From the human T2T-CHM13v2.0 reference genome, Homo sapiens, in assembly GCF_009914755.1 (NCBI RefSeq), contig NC_060929.1: 64,000 bases of DNA; one strand, given 5' to 3'. Position numbers and translations under genes: made by a program. Positions 50,539 through 63,965 of the stretch are shown here, piece by piece. The notes below the pieces were generated by a model that was not told where the DNA came from, did no database searches, and worked only from the letters and a program-made list of their open reading frames with translations. How positions within the stretch are numbered: the first letter of the stretch is position 1; each line of letters opens with the position of its first letter.

Positions 50539-52850
50539 TTTTTTTTTGTTTAAATTAGAAAAGGAATATATTTATTTGATAGGATATCCACAAAATTGTA
50601 CATGTAAGCACCCTCTTCATGTGATAAAGAATATATCTGACCCATACTGCAGCAGGAAACAGGGGTTAGGGCCCTAAGAGCTAGTGCCAAGAGTCCACTG
50701 AAAAAACTCCCCATTCACCAGAGAGGGAGTGTTTTCTTGAACTCCATCATCTCTGTTTTAGCTCCCAGCCAGGTCTTTAAACCTTAGAATCCTTCGTGCC
50801 ACTAGCAGTTCATGCTCTTTACCCTCGCCTCTACTGACTCTTTCAAGACCCATGTCCACTGCCCCATCCTCACTCACCCAGGCCACCTCTGGGGTCCTAA
50901 GCACATCTCTCTGGGGTGCTGCTGCCCTGCCACCCTCAGGGGCATGGTTAAGGTTGGCAGGGAGACCATAAGATTATATTACCAAAAGCAAAAGCAGGGG
51001 TACATTAGTAAATGACAGTGCTTAGACCTAAGCCTCACAACCTCACAGAACACGTGCTTCCTCCCTCAAATGATACGTAATCCCCTAGAGATCAAAGGAA
51101 ACCCCTTCAGTATTTTAACAGGTATGGATGATTCCGCATGCCAGGGACAAGGGATACACGTGGGTGGTGTTTACTTCCATTATATACCCTGCACAGAGTA
51201 GGAAGTTAGTGGATGAAAGCCAGAACCAGATCTCTATCCTGACTCCATCAGATCTCTCCTGGCTCTTCCTGCCTTTGAATGGTGCCATCATTCTGCTTCT
51301 GTCCATTCTGGGCATTTGTTCTTTTTCCAAAAGAGAGGATAAAAAAAAATGGATGGCAGAGAGAAAGAGTGTGTGTGTATAAAGAGAGAAGGGGAAAAAC
51401 CCCAGTAAAAAAAAAAAATACAAAATTCCAGAAATTAGCTTTACAGATTAAAATATTATATAACAATAGAAAATAGTCGAAAATTCTACCTGCTTGCACA
51501 GGTAATATGATACACAACTTCAGAGAATGGAGTCAGCAGGAGATTGTGGCAGAGGCCACAGCTTTAGACTAAGTCTTTCTTTTCTTTTTTTTTTTTTTAA
51601 TTATACTTTAAGTTCTAGGGTACATGTGCACAACGTGCAGGTTTGTTACATATGTATACATGTGCCATGTTGGTGTGCTGCACCCATTAACTTGTCATTT
51701 ACATTAGGTATTTCTCCTAATGCTATCACTCCCCCAGCTCTCCACCCACTGACAGGGCCCAGTGTGTGATGTTCCCTGCTCTGTGTCCAAGTGTTCTCAT
51801 TGTTTAATTCCCACCTATGAGTGCGAACATGCGGTATTTGGTTTTCTGTCCTTGTGATAGTTTGCTCAGAATGATGGTTTCCAGCTTCATCCATGTCCCT
51901 ACAAAGGACATGAACTCATCTTTTTTATGGCTGCATAGTACTCCATGATGTATATGTGCCACATTTTCTTAATCCAGTCTATCATTGATGGACATTTGGG
52001 TTGGTTCCAAATCTTTGCTATTGTGAATAGTGCCACAATAAACATATGTGTGCATGTGTCTTTATAGTAGCATGATTTATAATCCTTTGGGTATATACCC
52101 AGTAATGGGATGGTTGGTTCAAATGGTATTTCTAGTTCTAGATCCTTGAGGAGTCACCACACTGTCTTCCACAATGGTTGAACTAATTTACATTCCCACC
52201 AACAGTGTAAAAGTGTTCCTATTTCTCCACATCCTCTCCAGCATCTGTTGTTTCCTGACTTTTTAATGATCACCATTGTTGCAAAGGATATGAACAGACA
52301 CTTTTCAAAAGAAGACATTTATGCAGCCAGCAGACACATGAAAAAATGCTTATCATCACTGGTCATCAGGGAAATGCAAATCAAAACCACAGTGAGATAC
52401 CATTTCACACCAGTTAGACTAAGTCTTTCAATGGACTGCTGAATGGACTGGATCTACTGCTTGAGCTGTGAGCTTCTTTGACAGTGACAGGACAGACGAT
52501 GACAGATCTGGAGACCCCACAGGCCCACCCGAGGGCCTGTTTGGAGCATACAAACACATAGAACACATTCTTGTCTTCACACAGCAGCTGCAGGTGCAGA
52601 ATGATCTCCAGCAGCTTGGCATCTGCAGCCCCCACAATGAACCCAGAAATGCCCCTACTGAGGGTTTTGGTGGCCTCTTTGGCTTCTTTCTAAAGCTGCC
52701 TGTAGTTACATGGCTACTGCACGAGGTCCAGTAGTTTCTTGGTGAGGTGGACATCTGCGAGAGGGTAGGCCTTTGGATTTACATCAGCATCAGCCATGGA
52801 GGAGGTTTGGTGAGTTTGCCACTCTTCAACCAGCACAGCCAACATTCACA
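50539..52850 (-). pseudogene. SNU13: Processed pseudogene of SNU13 (NHP2L1, 15.5K U4/U6.U5 and box C/D protein); CDS remnant 52797-52414, 3'UTR 51563-50548
   Basis: From ATG at 52797: [106 protein letters not shown], versus recalled SNU13 [49 protein letters not shown]. Intronless, stops at codons 28 and 36, frameshifts near the C-terminus, AATAAA (TTTATT ~50571) and polyA remnant (T9 at 50539-50547). Confidence 0.95.
51580..52413 (-). mobile_element. L1PA 3' fragment with 5' inversion (minus 51580-52277; plus 52281-52413)
   Basis: PolyT then TTATACTTTAAGTTCTAGGGTACATGTG; strand switch at ~52278; perfect 16-bp TSD TTAGACTAAGTCTTTC at 51564-51579 and 52414-52429. Confidence 0.95.
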
Positions 52851-53093
52851 AATAGGAATTTTTAATCCGAGCACATCTAGACTTTTGAATGTCTTATATT
52901 CTTTCTCAGATGATGTAAGACAAATCAAAATATATCCACTAGTTTTTAATTTTTTGAATCATAGAAGCCTAGGGCTAGAGTAGCTGCAGTTTAAAAATAA
53001 TACTATATGGAAGAAAATAAAGGTCGTATTCAACCTTTTTACCCTGAAATAAGCAACCATTATCATTTTGTTGTTCATAGTCTTTCAGGCATC

Positions 53094-53478
<385 letters not shown>

Positions 53479-53820
53479 TAGACTCTTCCCCTACAAACTT
53501 TTATAACATCAGCACCCCATGTCTCATATTTGTCATGTTAACACCTGTAGATATGTCCTTCCATTTTCCTCATGCTCATGTATTGATATTCTACTGAACA
53601 ATTTATACACACAGCAATAGCATCATAGAGAATTAACTATTGTGACTTTTGTGCATCTTGCAAACAACTCCTCCTTCCCACTTCTTCTTTTTCACAGTTG
53701 TCTTAACAATTATTGGGCATTTACCCACATGAATTATAAGATTTATCTAAATTGAAGAAAATTACTCATAAGAATCTTCTTATAATCACATTGAATTTAT
53801 ATATTAAAGTGCACTACCTT

Positions 53821-54080
53821 GAACCCAGGAGTTTGAGACCAGCATGGGCAACAAAGCAAAACCCCATCTCTGCAAGAATACAAAAATTACCCTGGCATTG
53901 TGGTGCGTGCCTGTGTCCCAGCTACTCAGGAGGGTGAGGTAGGAGGATTGCCTGAGCCTGAGAGGTGGAGGTTGCAGTGAATGGAGATCACACCACTGCA
54001 CTTCGGCCTGGGCAACAGAGTGAGACCCTGTCTCAAAAAAAAAAAAAAAAAAGAAAAAAGAAAAATAAAAAATAAAAAAT
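53821..54080 (+). mobile_element. AluJ, 5'-truncated
   Basis: GAACCCAGGAGTTTGAGACCAGC...GAGTGAGACCCTGTCTC with a long A tail; TSD AGT(G/A)CACTACCTT on both sides. Confidence 0.92.
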
Positions 54081-54147
54081 AGTACACTACCTTCTAATTT
54101 CTTCACCACTTTGGAGTCATCAGACTTTTCTTCAGTATTATTTTTTG

Positions 54148-54223
54148 TTAGGTTGGTGCGAAAGTAATTGCGGCTTTTGCCATTACTTTCAATGGCAAAA
54201 ACTGCGATTTTGCACCAACCTGA
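54148..54223. mobile_element. MADE1 (Hsmar1-derived MITE)
   Basis: Palindromic TTAGGTTGGTGCGAAAGTAATTGCGGCTTTTGCCATT...AATGGCAAAAACTGCGATTTTGCACCAACCTGA. Confidence 0.92.
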
Positions 54224-54528
54224 TAGAATATCCTCAAAAAGTTCTGTGAGAACAAACCTGAGAAGAGAGTTCTTGTTATAGTCAATTCACAGTCCTATTC
54301 TCTTAATTGGTAATCTGTTTACTTGTAACATAAGTAGGGGGCAAAATAATTTCTAGGGTCCCTTTTAGTTTTAAGGTTCCAGATTTTGTATAGGATAAAG
54401 GTTAATTAACATCTGATGCAGATATATATGTAACTATTAAAAAAAAACCTATTTGCTGTGGGTCCTTAGAAAATTTGAACTATAGCTACTTCATGCCCTG
54501 TGATAAAAATGACATAGTAACGTGTTGG

Positions 54529-54636
54529 TAGGATGACCAACCATCATGGTTTGCCCTGGAATAAGGGGCTTCCTGGGACAGGGGACTTTCAGTGCTAAAA
54601 CAAGATGGTCCCAGGCAAACAAGGTCAGTCACTCCA
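54529..54636. mobile_element. MER94-like hAT-Blackjack fossil
   Basis: AGGATGACCAACCATCATGGTTTGCCC...GGGACTTTCAGTGCTAAAAC...GTCCCAGGCAAAC...GTCACTC. Confidence 0.7.
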
Positions 54637-55062
54637 TTTGGTCTGGTGGTTTCTTTAAAAGTACTTTGAAAATGTCCATATTCTCATGTATAAATTCATT
54701 AAAATTTCTGCTTTGGTCTTTAAATTTTACTTTAAAGATTATTCCTCACCTTGTAAATCTTGCAAAGATTTTGACCTAGATAAGTAAATTTTGATGCTAA
54801 AGATAAATGAACAGTGTTCTATATTTGATTTATATAATTTAAAATGTTTTATTATATAGTCTAGAAATAATAGACTTATGGGAAAAATACTCATATATTA
54901 CATCTATAAGAATTTTAAAAATGTGTAAACAATGAGAACATTAGTCTTAAAAATAATGTAATAAAAATAATGGTGAAAATGAACATGAGGAGATGCAAAT
55001 ATTTTATTATTTTTAAGGATATTCCTACATATTCTGCAGAATTTATGTTCCCATACGGGTCT

Positions 55063-55441
55063 TTTATTAGTCTGCTTGGGCTGCCATAACAAAGTACCAT
55101 ATACCGGGTGGCTTAACAATAGAAATTTATTTTCTCACAGTTATGGAGGCCGGAAGTGTGAGTGTGACATCAGGGTGCCAGCATGGCTGGTTTCTGGTGA
55201 GAGTTATTTTCTTGGCTTGTAGATGGCTGCCTTCTTGCTTCTTCACATGGTAGAGACAGGGAGAGGGACAGACAGAGAGTGCTTTGGTGTCTCTTCTTAT
55301 GAGTGCATGCACTAAGCCCGTCTTGAGGGCCCTACCTAAATTTAATTGCCTCCTAAGGGTCCCATCTCTAAGACCATTATACTGGGGGCAAGGGCTTCAA
55401 TATATGAGTTTGGGGGGCATACAATTCAGTTCATAGAAGCA
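55063..55441 (-). mobile_element. MLT1A-type MaLR LTR
   Basis: TATTAGTCTGCTTGGGCTGCCATAACAAAGTACCA...GGGCTTCAATATATGAGTTTGGGGGGCATACAATTCAGTTCATAG. Confidence 0.88.
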
Positions 55442-57873
55442 CACAGATGATGAGAAATCAGTGATTTCTTGAAGTTAATTCAGCTTAGTTAATAAAATGC
55501 TCAAGGATCCCAAATCTGATTAATCACTAAAAAAAGTATTTCCTTTCATGAAGTATATTTCAATACGATATTCTATAAGCATATTGGTGAATCAAAGTTT
55601 TGACAGAATAACACACATAAAAGTAACTGTATATAAAAACTACATAACTATCAGGCAATAAAAGGCTTTTTACTCATCGGAATGCAAGTTGTATTGTATT
55701 TTTGTTTACTTATGAAAATCTTTAATGGACCATAGTATTGTATATTAAGCAAATGAATCCATTTGCCCTTTATAAAGTCATTTATGTAAATTTTTATTGT
55801 GTCTTGCTCTCCTTAAACAACCCAGTGCATTGTTGTGTTCCTTGTGATGTGGGGAGGTTGCTAGGCAGTGTCACAGATTATGGCACCCAGCCACTGAGCT
55901 GTGACAATGCTTAACTCCATAATGCATATCTGTTCTTCTCAGAGGCAAGTTTAAGGCAGATAATACACTTAAAGCATGCAGGAGGTTGTATGCCTTTGGG
56001 TGAAGATATAGACTAAAACATGATTATTTGGTGCATAATATGCATATGAATATTGGCAAACAAAAGCAACAGAGTATCTTGCTGCTCTCAGATAAACTAC
56101 TGTTATCTAGATCCTTGCTTCCAGATTTGAATTTTTTTCTTTAGTATGTTAATATCATTATTTTGAATTTGCTCTTCATAAGTTTGGCAGCCCATACTGT
56201 GTATAGGTCTGTTTAATAGTTTATATAGATTAATTCAGGAGGCCTTTTGTTTTTGTTTTTGTTTGTGGGAATAGAGTGATTGAATAAAGGATGACCTGAA
56301 ATTGTCAGGGCTTAGAATGTTTTTGTGATGTGAATTATTTCTTCATGGCTGTTTTCAACTATTTTAGCCATAAGTGGAGAGAGATTTGCATGGTGGAGAT
56401 CTAAATGAAGATGGAGCTAATTGGGGGTGGAGGGAAAGAGAGAGAGAGCCATTTAAAGCATGTGTGTAATTCTGTGAAATACAAGACTACATTACTATGC
56501 AGATTGCATCGATACTCTCATAAATAACATGTTTATAGAGAAACAACCATTTGCTCTAAGTAAATGGTGTTGCATGCAGCACTTGTAGATGATTTGTGAG
56601 GCCTGCAGGGGTGATGCTGCTTCTCCCACTGAGTATATATTGCTTTAACGATGTATTCAGGAATATGTATAAATCACAAATGCAAAGTAAGCAAAGTATA
56701 ACAACCAACATTTATTTTAATTATGTGGTATTGAAACGTGTCCTCTTAATATTTTTTATGAGTGATGGCTTGTAGAGGTACCACAGAAAATAAAATTAAG
56801 CATTAAATATTATGTAATTATGAACCTTTAGTCTTGCCTGTACTTGTAAAGTAATAAAACCTATTTGTATTACATTTTTATTTTGTTTTATTTCTTCTAT
56901 GATTGTTAGCTTTTCTCCTTAAATTTGTCCTAAATTGAGTTTCGGCTTTATTTTTCAGTGTCAGGAAAATTGATATTGTTTATTTCTTAACACTATGCAG
57001 TATGTGATTTCAATAGCTCTATTAGTATTACCAAACAAGGGTAACAAGGGTGGTTTTTGGCTTTCACCCTTTGTTCAGTAAATCAAACATAAACATAGTC
57101 TGTATATGGCTTTTCAGTAAAATCTGTCATTTTATTTGTCTTTCATCTTGAAGGTTTATTGCTTTACATTGCTTAAAGTGATTCAGGGTCTGAACTGTTT
57201 AAATCTTGGATGTTTTTTAGAGTATTAATGGCTCAGCCAGAATCTGTGAGAAAGTCAGATGCTAAGACTCCTTGCATGTGTACAGTAGGTGCAGTGTATG
57301 CATTTGAATGATTCATTCCTTTTTTGGCATGCAAGCTTTGCTCTACTCACTTGTTTTTGAGAATGCATTACATTTATAAATATTACCTAAATTTCTGGCC
57401 CTTTTCTGTACATTACTCTGTCTCCTTCAAGCTCAGAATTTATTGGAGGCAATGTGCTAGTTCTGTTTCCAGCTTTTCCTAAAGGAACTTCCAGGGAAAA
57501 GCCAAAGCAGTAAAGAATTTATTAAAATCCACTAATCATTCCAAGCTAATGATTATGCAACAGAAAATCATATTGTTTTAAAGTTTTTCTGTCATTTGCT
57601 TTTTTACTTTAGTCCTGCTAATTTAAAAGCTTCTATTATTTAAAAAGTGCACCATTCTTTCAATAACTACTGATTAAATGCCTATTTTTGTTTTCCTCAC
57701 TGGGGTAGACTTGGCGTAGTTTATGAGAGCAGAAAGGAGGAGAATAATACAAATATAAGCAGGGGCCGGACCCTAAAGAAAGAAAGAAAATTCATAATTA
57801 TTAAGTACTTACTTTGTGCCAGATATTGTGTTAGAAATGTTGATGTATGCCTTGCACTTAAAATCTGGTTGAA

Positions 57874-58354
57874 CATGGATGGAACTGGAGGTCATTATGT
57901 TAGGTGAAATAAGCGAGGCACAGAAAGACAAATATCACATGTTCTCACTCATATGTGGGAGTTGAAAAAGTTGATCTCAACGAGGTAGAGAGTAGAATGA
58001 TAGATATCAGAGGCTGGGAAAGGTGCATTGGTGAGCAGAGGAGGGGGACTGGGAATAAAAAGAGGTTGGTTAATGAGTACAAACATACAGTTAGATAGAA
58101 GGAATAAATTCTAGTGTTTGATAGCACAGTAGGCTGACTATAATTAACAACAGCATACTGTGTATTTCAAAATAACTAGAAGAGAATATTTGAAATGTTC
58201 TTTACCCAAAGAAATGATAAATGTTTGAGCTGATGGATACCCTAAATACCCTGATTTGATCATTACACCTTGTATGCATATATCCAGATAACACATATAG
58301 TCTGTAAATAGGTACAAATATTATATATCAATAAAAAATTTATAAAAATAAATG
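57874..58354 (+). mobile_element. L1MA 3' end, 5'-truncated
   Basis: CATGGATGGAACTGGAGGTCATTATGTTAGGTGAAATAAG; TSD AAAATCTG(G/T)TTGAA at 57860-57873 and 58355-58368. Confidence 0.9.
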
Positions 58355-59064
58355 AAAATCTGTTTGAAGATACACGCATACCACATAATTGGTATATGTG
58401 AATGTGTCTATTTGAAAACTTTTAAAATTATAATGTAGTATACATGTGCATGCTACTATACACTGTCATGATTATGAAATTTATGACTAAAATTTTTTTA
58501 CAGGCATGAAACATCATAGGATCTCTGGGAAAAGAGCAATTAGTATGGGGCTGGTCTGGAAGGGTAAGACTGAGAAGGCGACTAAGTGAGACTGAGCCAG
58601 CGATAGTGTATTTATTACCACTTCTTTAACACAGAATTCAAAAGCACTTTTGCACATTTTTCATTTACAACTTATAACAACCCTTTTAAAAAGTAGTTGA
58701 ACCACTTCTCTCTTAAAGCATGCTAAATGAAATTTAGAAAGATATAGTAAATGCACCCTGAAATGACCTAGTGATGTACTCTGTCCTCTGCTTCCAGCAC
58801 ACAAGCCCAGTTTATTTCACATTGCAGCCAGATCATGCTGCAATAACTAAAGTACTCTGATTAAAACACTCTTATGGCTTTCCATCATGCTTCAAATAAA
58901 ATTTAAACTCCTCACCACGATCATAATACCTACAGGAGTTGACCTTTGTCTACCCTATGGCCCTACTTCATATTACTGTCTCCTCTCTGATGATACCATA
59001 GCCACTCTGAACCTCCTTCCTTTCCTCTAATGGATCCAGGGTTTTGCATAAGCTATTTAGTGTG

Positions 59065-59640
59065 GACACTGTTGACTGCCCATCTAGCTTCCATTTACTT
59101 CCAGCCTTTTCTTGATACCATCCATTTTTTGTCCAAATGCTCATCTCTACTCATAGTAGCCACATGTTTTGTGGGATTGACTCATGGTCCAGGATTAATT
59201 CTGAGTAGCTGAAGCCAATCATGGTGTTCCCATTCCTTTGCTAGTGATTGAACCAGGGGCCCAGGCTCATGCTAGTTAATACAAGGACCTTCCTTGGTCA
59301 CGGAGATTGAGTCAGGAATGGACAGATGATGATCTTTAGGCCAGTGACCCACAGGGAAAGCTTGCTAGACATTTCTGGGAAACATTTTCTTGCCCTTAAA
59401 ATAGAGTACTATGAGAAACTGTCTCTTTGTGTATTGTCATATGGAGCTGGGACTTTGGCAGCCTCTGCCACCAGTTCAGGATTAAAACTGATGTATAGAT
59501 GAGGCCAAGTTGAGAAGGTCACAGGGCCCCTGGATTGAGACACCCCTTAACTATACTTTTCTTTGAATTTCCACTATGTTAGACAATAGCTTTTATATTT
59601 CAATTGAACTATTTTTTTTTCTGATACTTGCAACTATGAT
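59065..59640 (+). mobile_element. Old MLT1 (J/K-like) MaLR LTR inside L2 remnants (~58790-59030 and ~59650-59990)
   Basis: AAGCCAATCATGGTGTTCCCATTCC...TTCTGGGAAA...TTTTCTGATACTTGCAAC. Confidence 0.6.
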
Positions 59641-60246
59641 ACCAGGCTCCTCCCCCTGAAATTCTTTTTCCCCCGTTTGTTAAATGTCAACTTCTTGCTT
59701 GGTATTACGATCTTGGTTCAATTCTTGCCATGTCAGAGATGGCTTCTCTGATATGTAATCTAAAACTCCCCTCTCTATCAGCCACTCTCTGTTTAATTAC
59801 TATTTTTTCTTCATGGCCACCTATTATTACCTCTTTATTCATTCGTGTATTTGTTTAATGCCTGTCTTTATCCATTAGAAGGTCAACTCCATGAGAGGAG
59901 AAAGCTTGTCATCTCAAGTACTGCCACATCTCCAACAATTTGAACAGTGTCTTCATCTATAATAGATGCTCAATATTTGTTGAATGGAGAAGTGGAAGAA
60001 TCAGACCTCAAACTCCCTTACTTTGGCTCCAAATTCTATTCTTTATCCACTGCACTGTGATGACTCACAAGGAAGAAAATAGTAACACCAGTAGAAGGAA
60101 GAGCAAAAGCAAAGGATAAATGAAGTACATCTAGAAAGGCTAAACAAATTTCTTCTTATTAAGAACAAAATGATTCAAATTCTAAGCCAATATCATAGTA
60201 TTTCAGTATTTAAAACTCAGAATATGAGTTTTAAAAATTCAAATCA

Positions 60247-60534
<288 letters not shown>

Positions 60535-61000
60535 TCAAATGGATTTAAAATGAGAACAGTAAAATTTTACTATATGTACATTTATGCATGTATGTATGCA
60601 TATGTATACACAAATTAGAATTTACATATGTATATTTATAACAAACATAGGTAAAAGAGAATTGCAGGTCATTACATAGAGCAGGCTTTCAATATGTGTT
60701 TGTTTCATGATTGCAAATAACTTATATCATCACAAGATTTTATCTGTAAGAAGTGGCCTGTGGCTTGACTGAGTTAGAGAACCTCAGATTCTAAATACTT
60801 CAGATAGAGAGAGCCTGCCATGTTTTGAAGAACCTTGCCAATGGGAAGAAACCAGCAAATGAGAGTTCCATGAGAACTCCAATGAGGAGGTAAAGACAAT
60901 GTCAAGGACAACCCCCTTCTCTGGGTTGGGTAAACCTCAGCACTGCTTTACAATCACCATGAGACAGGAGTCTCTGGGCATGAGAGGAGTCAAAGAATTA

Positions 61001-61353
61001 CAGGTATACATTGGAGATATTGCAGGTTTGGTTCTAGGCCATCTCAAGCAATTATCACAATAAAGCAAGTCACACAGATGTTTTGGTGTTCCCAGTGTAT
61101 ATGAAAGTTATGTTTACATTATACTGTAGCTTATTAAGTGTGCAATACCATTATGCCTAAAATATGTACATAACCTTAATTAAAAAATACTGCTAAAAAT
61201 GCTGACACAGAGACATGAAGTGAGCACATGCTGTTTGGAAAAATAGTGCTAGTAAACTTGGTTGCCACAGGGTTGCCACAAACCTTCAATTTGTAAAAAC
61301 TGGAATATCTGCAAAGCGTAGTAAAGGAAACACAATAAAATGAAGGGTGCCCG
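61001..61353 (-). mobile_element. Internally deleted Tigger1 DNA transposon
   Basis: Both termini present (CAGGTATACATTGGAGATATTGCAGGTTTGGTTC and CACAATAAAATGAAGGGTGCCCG), flanked by TA at 60999-61000 and 61354-61355. Confidence 0.8.
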
Positions 61354-61439
61354 TATTGTATTGACACCTTTGTTTCTACCCAAGACAATGAGTTATATTT
61401 TCAACACAGCTTTTCTGATATTCAGCAAAGATTGGTTTG

Positions 61440-61630
61440 GGAGAGTCGATTTACTGTTGTGGTTAAGGACATGTCTTGGTACCTGAATGCTTGGGATTGA
61501 ATTTCTGCTTTGTCACCTACTGTCTATATTTGCTTAACTTCTCTGTATCTTATTATCTTCACCTGAAAATGTGGCTAATCAAAGCCACTTCATTGAATTA
61601 TAAGAATTAAAGGAGTCAATATACATAGAT
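61440..61630 (+). mobile_element. MIR remnant
   Basis: GTGGTTAAGGACATG...TTGCTTAACTTCTCTGTATCT...AAGAATTAAAGGAG. Confidence 0.6.
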
Positions 61631-62149
61631 GAGTAATTTTCATATTATCTATGGTGTTCTGTTTTTCTTAAATTTCTAATCTATTACTGATATTTTTGCA
61701 AAACATAATGAAATAAATTGCTAGAAAAATGAAGCAAAGAAGCAAGGGAATTAATACTACTTTCAATTTTAGAAAGTAGATTGAACAAAAAAAAAACTCC
61801 ATTAATTTGCTATAAAAGAATTTTAGTGCTTATTCTCATATTCTGTACTTCATAGTGAAATGCTAACTTCCACCCTTTGAGTAGCACTGTGTGCAAGACC
61901 TTAAAACAGTGCTTGGCATGTATTATGCCTATGCTGAGTATCACCAAATCTTTAGCTATTACGGCATGCCCCTGTATTGCAGGGCTCACATTGTTGTAAG
62001 GAGCAGACCTAGGAAGGTTTGTCTGCTACATACAGTCAAGCTCTCGAGGCACAGGTGGGTGACCGTGAGAAAGAGGAAAGGTGTGCAGAAACCTCTCACT
62101 TCCTCCCTCGCAGCAGACATGTTTAGCTTCAGGTTTAGCTTCAGTGATT

Positions 62150-62365
62150 TCTTTTTTCTTTTTTTTTTTTTTTTAAGATGCAGTTTCACTCGCACCATGA
62201 TACCTGGCTAATTTTTTGTATTTTTTGTATTTGTGTATTTTTTTTAGTAGAGATGGGGTTTCACCATGTTGGCCAGGCTGGTCTCAAACCCCTGGCCTCA
62301 AGTGATCTGCCCACCTCAGCCTCCCAAAGTGCTGGGATTACAGGCATGAGCCACTGTGCCTCGCC
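62150..62365 (-). mobile_element. AluS with most of the right arm deleted
   Basis: PolyT, AAGATGCAGTTTCACTC then jumps directly to GCACCATGATACCTGGCTAATT; left arm intact; GTGATTT flanks both sides. Confidence 0.88.
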
Positions 62366-63023
62366 GTGATTTTTCTTTTTTTTAACTCAGTGGTTAGGCA
62401 GGCTTTTTAAAATAGATATATTAAATAATCGATAAACATTTTGGGGACAGGGAGACACCTCCCAGGTATTGTGCAGGCATTACATATCTCCTCCCCTTAT
62501 TGCGATGTGTATAATTTATCTTCTGGGAAAGGTGAATCCACATCTTATATAAAATCAAAGACAACTGACTTCAACCCCTTTCTAACAGTGTGACTTTGAC
62601 TACCTTTCTATATCTCAGTTATTTTATTTGTAATATGGGCACAATACTAATAATAATGCTTTCCCCAAAGGAAATCCAAGCACAGAGCACTTCTGTTTAA
62701 TGAGACCCTCTTTCTGGACTATAAAGACAGTGTATTCAAGTCTCAAACAAGTCTCCATTGATACACTTCATAGAAACACTGAAATCCTTCTTCACAATCA
62801 GTAAAACAACATCGTTCCTGATGGGGCAATTACCCTGAGTGATCTAGTGGTGTAAAGTCAGGTGACTCAGAGAATAGGATAAATCAGACATGAAGCGAGG
62901 AATTTTCAATGCAGAGCTTAAGCAGATACTATGAATGTCTGGTGAGGAACAGCTGTCGAAGGTGAAAAAAGACATGACAGGATTTTATTCTGATGTGGAC
63001 ATCTCTCTTAAAACTGTCTGATA

Positions 63024-63393
<370 letters not shown>

Positions 63394-63539
63394 CTATGAG
63401 TGTGGCACTAATTTAAAGATTATAAGGGAGAAATATGGTTTAACTTCAAGGAAGATATAATGTAATAGGGAAAAAATGACATTAAATCTAATAAAACAAC
63501 AATGGTATACCAGATTTTAGTAGCAATTAAATTCGTACT

Positions 63540-63735
63540 ATAGCAGTATTTTAAAATACAGTATTTTAAAAGAGAGCATTTAAAAATGCCATATTAGCTA
63601 TATTAACTATATTTAAAAATAGTTAAAAACATATTTTAAAGATAGTATTTAAAGATATTTTAATTAATTTATGTATTTAAATATATTTAAGATATGGTAT
63701 TTTAAAATATGGTATTTGTAGTATTTTAAATTATA
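63540..63735. repeat. AT-rich imperfect tandem repeat (GTATTTTAAA-based)
   Basis: Repeated GTATTTTAAA, GATATTT and ATATGGTATTT units. Confidence 0.7.
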
Positions 63736-63910
63736 TTGCTATTTATAATGACAACTGTAGTCAATATAACATGGTACGTGAGTAATTGCCATTAAATGGC
63801 ACAGTCGTTTAGAAAATGTAAAGCTCACCTCAGCTATGGTGGTGGGGACAGCTGTTACATTCTAGTTATTAAACAGCCTGTGTATTTTGCTTTATTTAGT
63901 CAGAATAAAA

Positions 63911-63915
<5 letters not shown>

Positions 63916-63959
<44 letters not shown>
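63916..63959. repeat. (CA)n microsatellite, ~22 units
   Basis: Directly visible. Confidence 0.97.

Positions 63960-63965
<6 letters not shown>

Noticed and set aside
52414-52635. 73-aa ORF as a functional SNU13 paralogue
   Set aside because: Starts at GTG downstream of two in-frame stops, lacks the N-terminal part of the fold and has a frameshifted C-terminus
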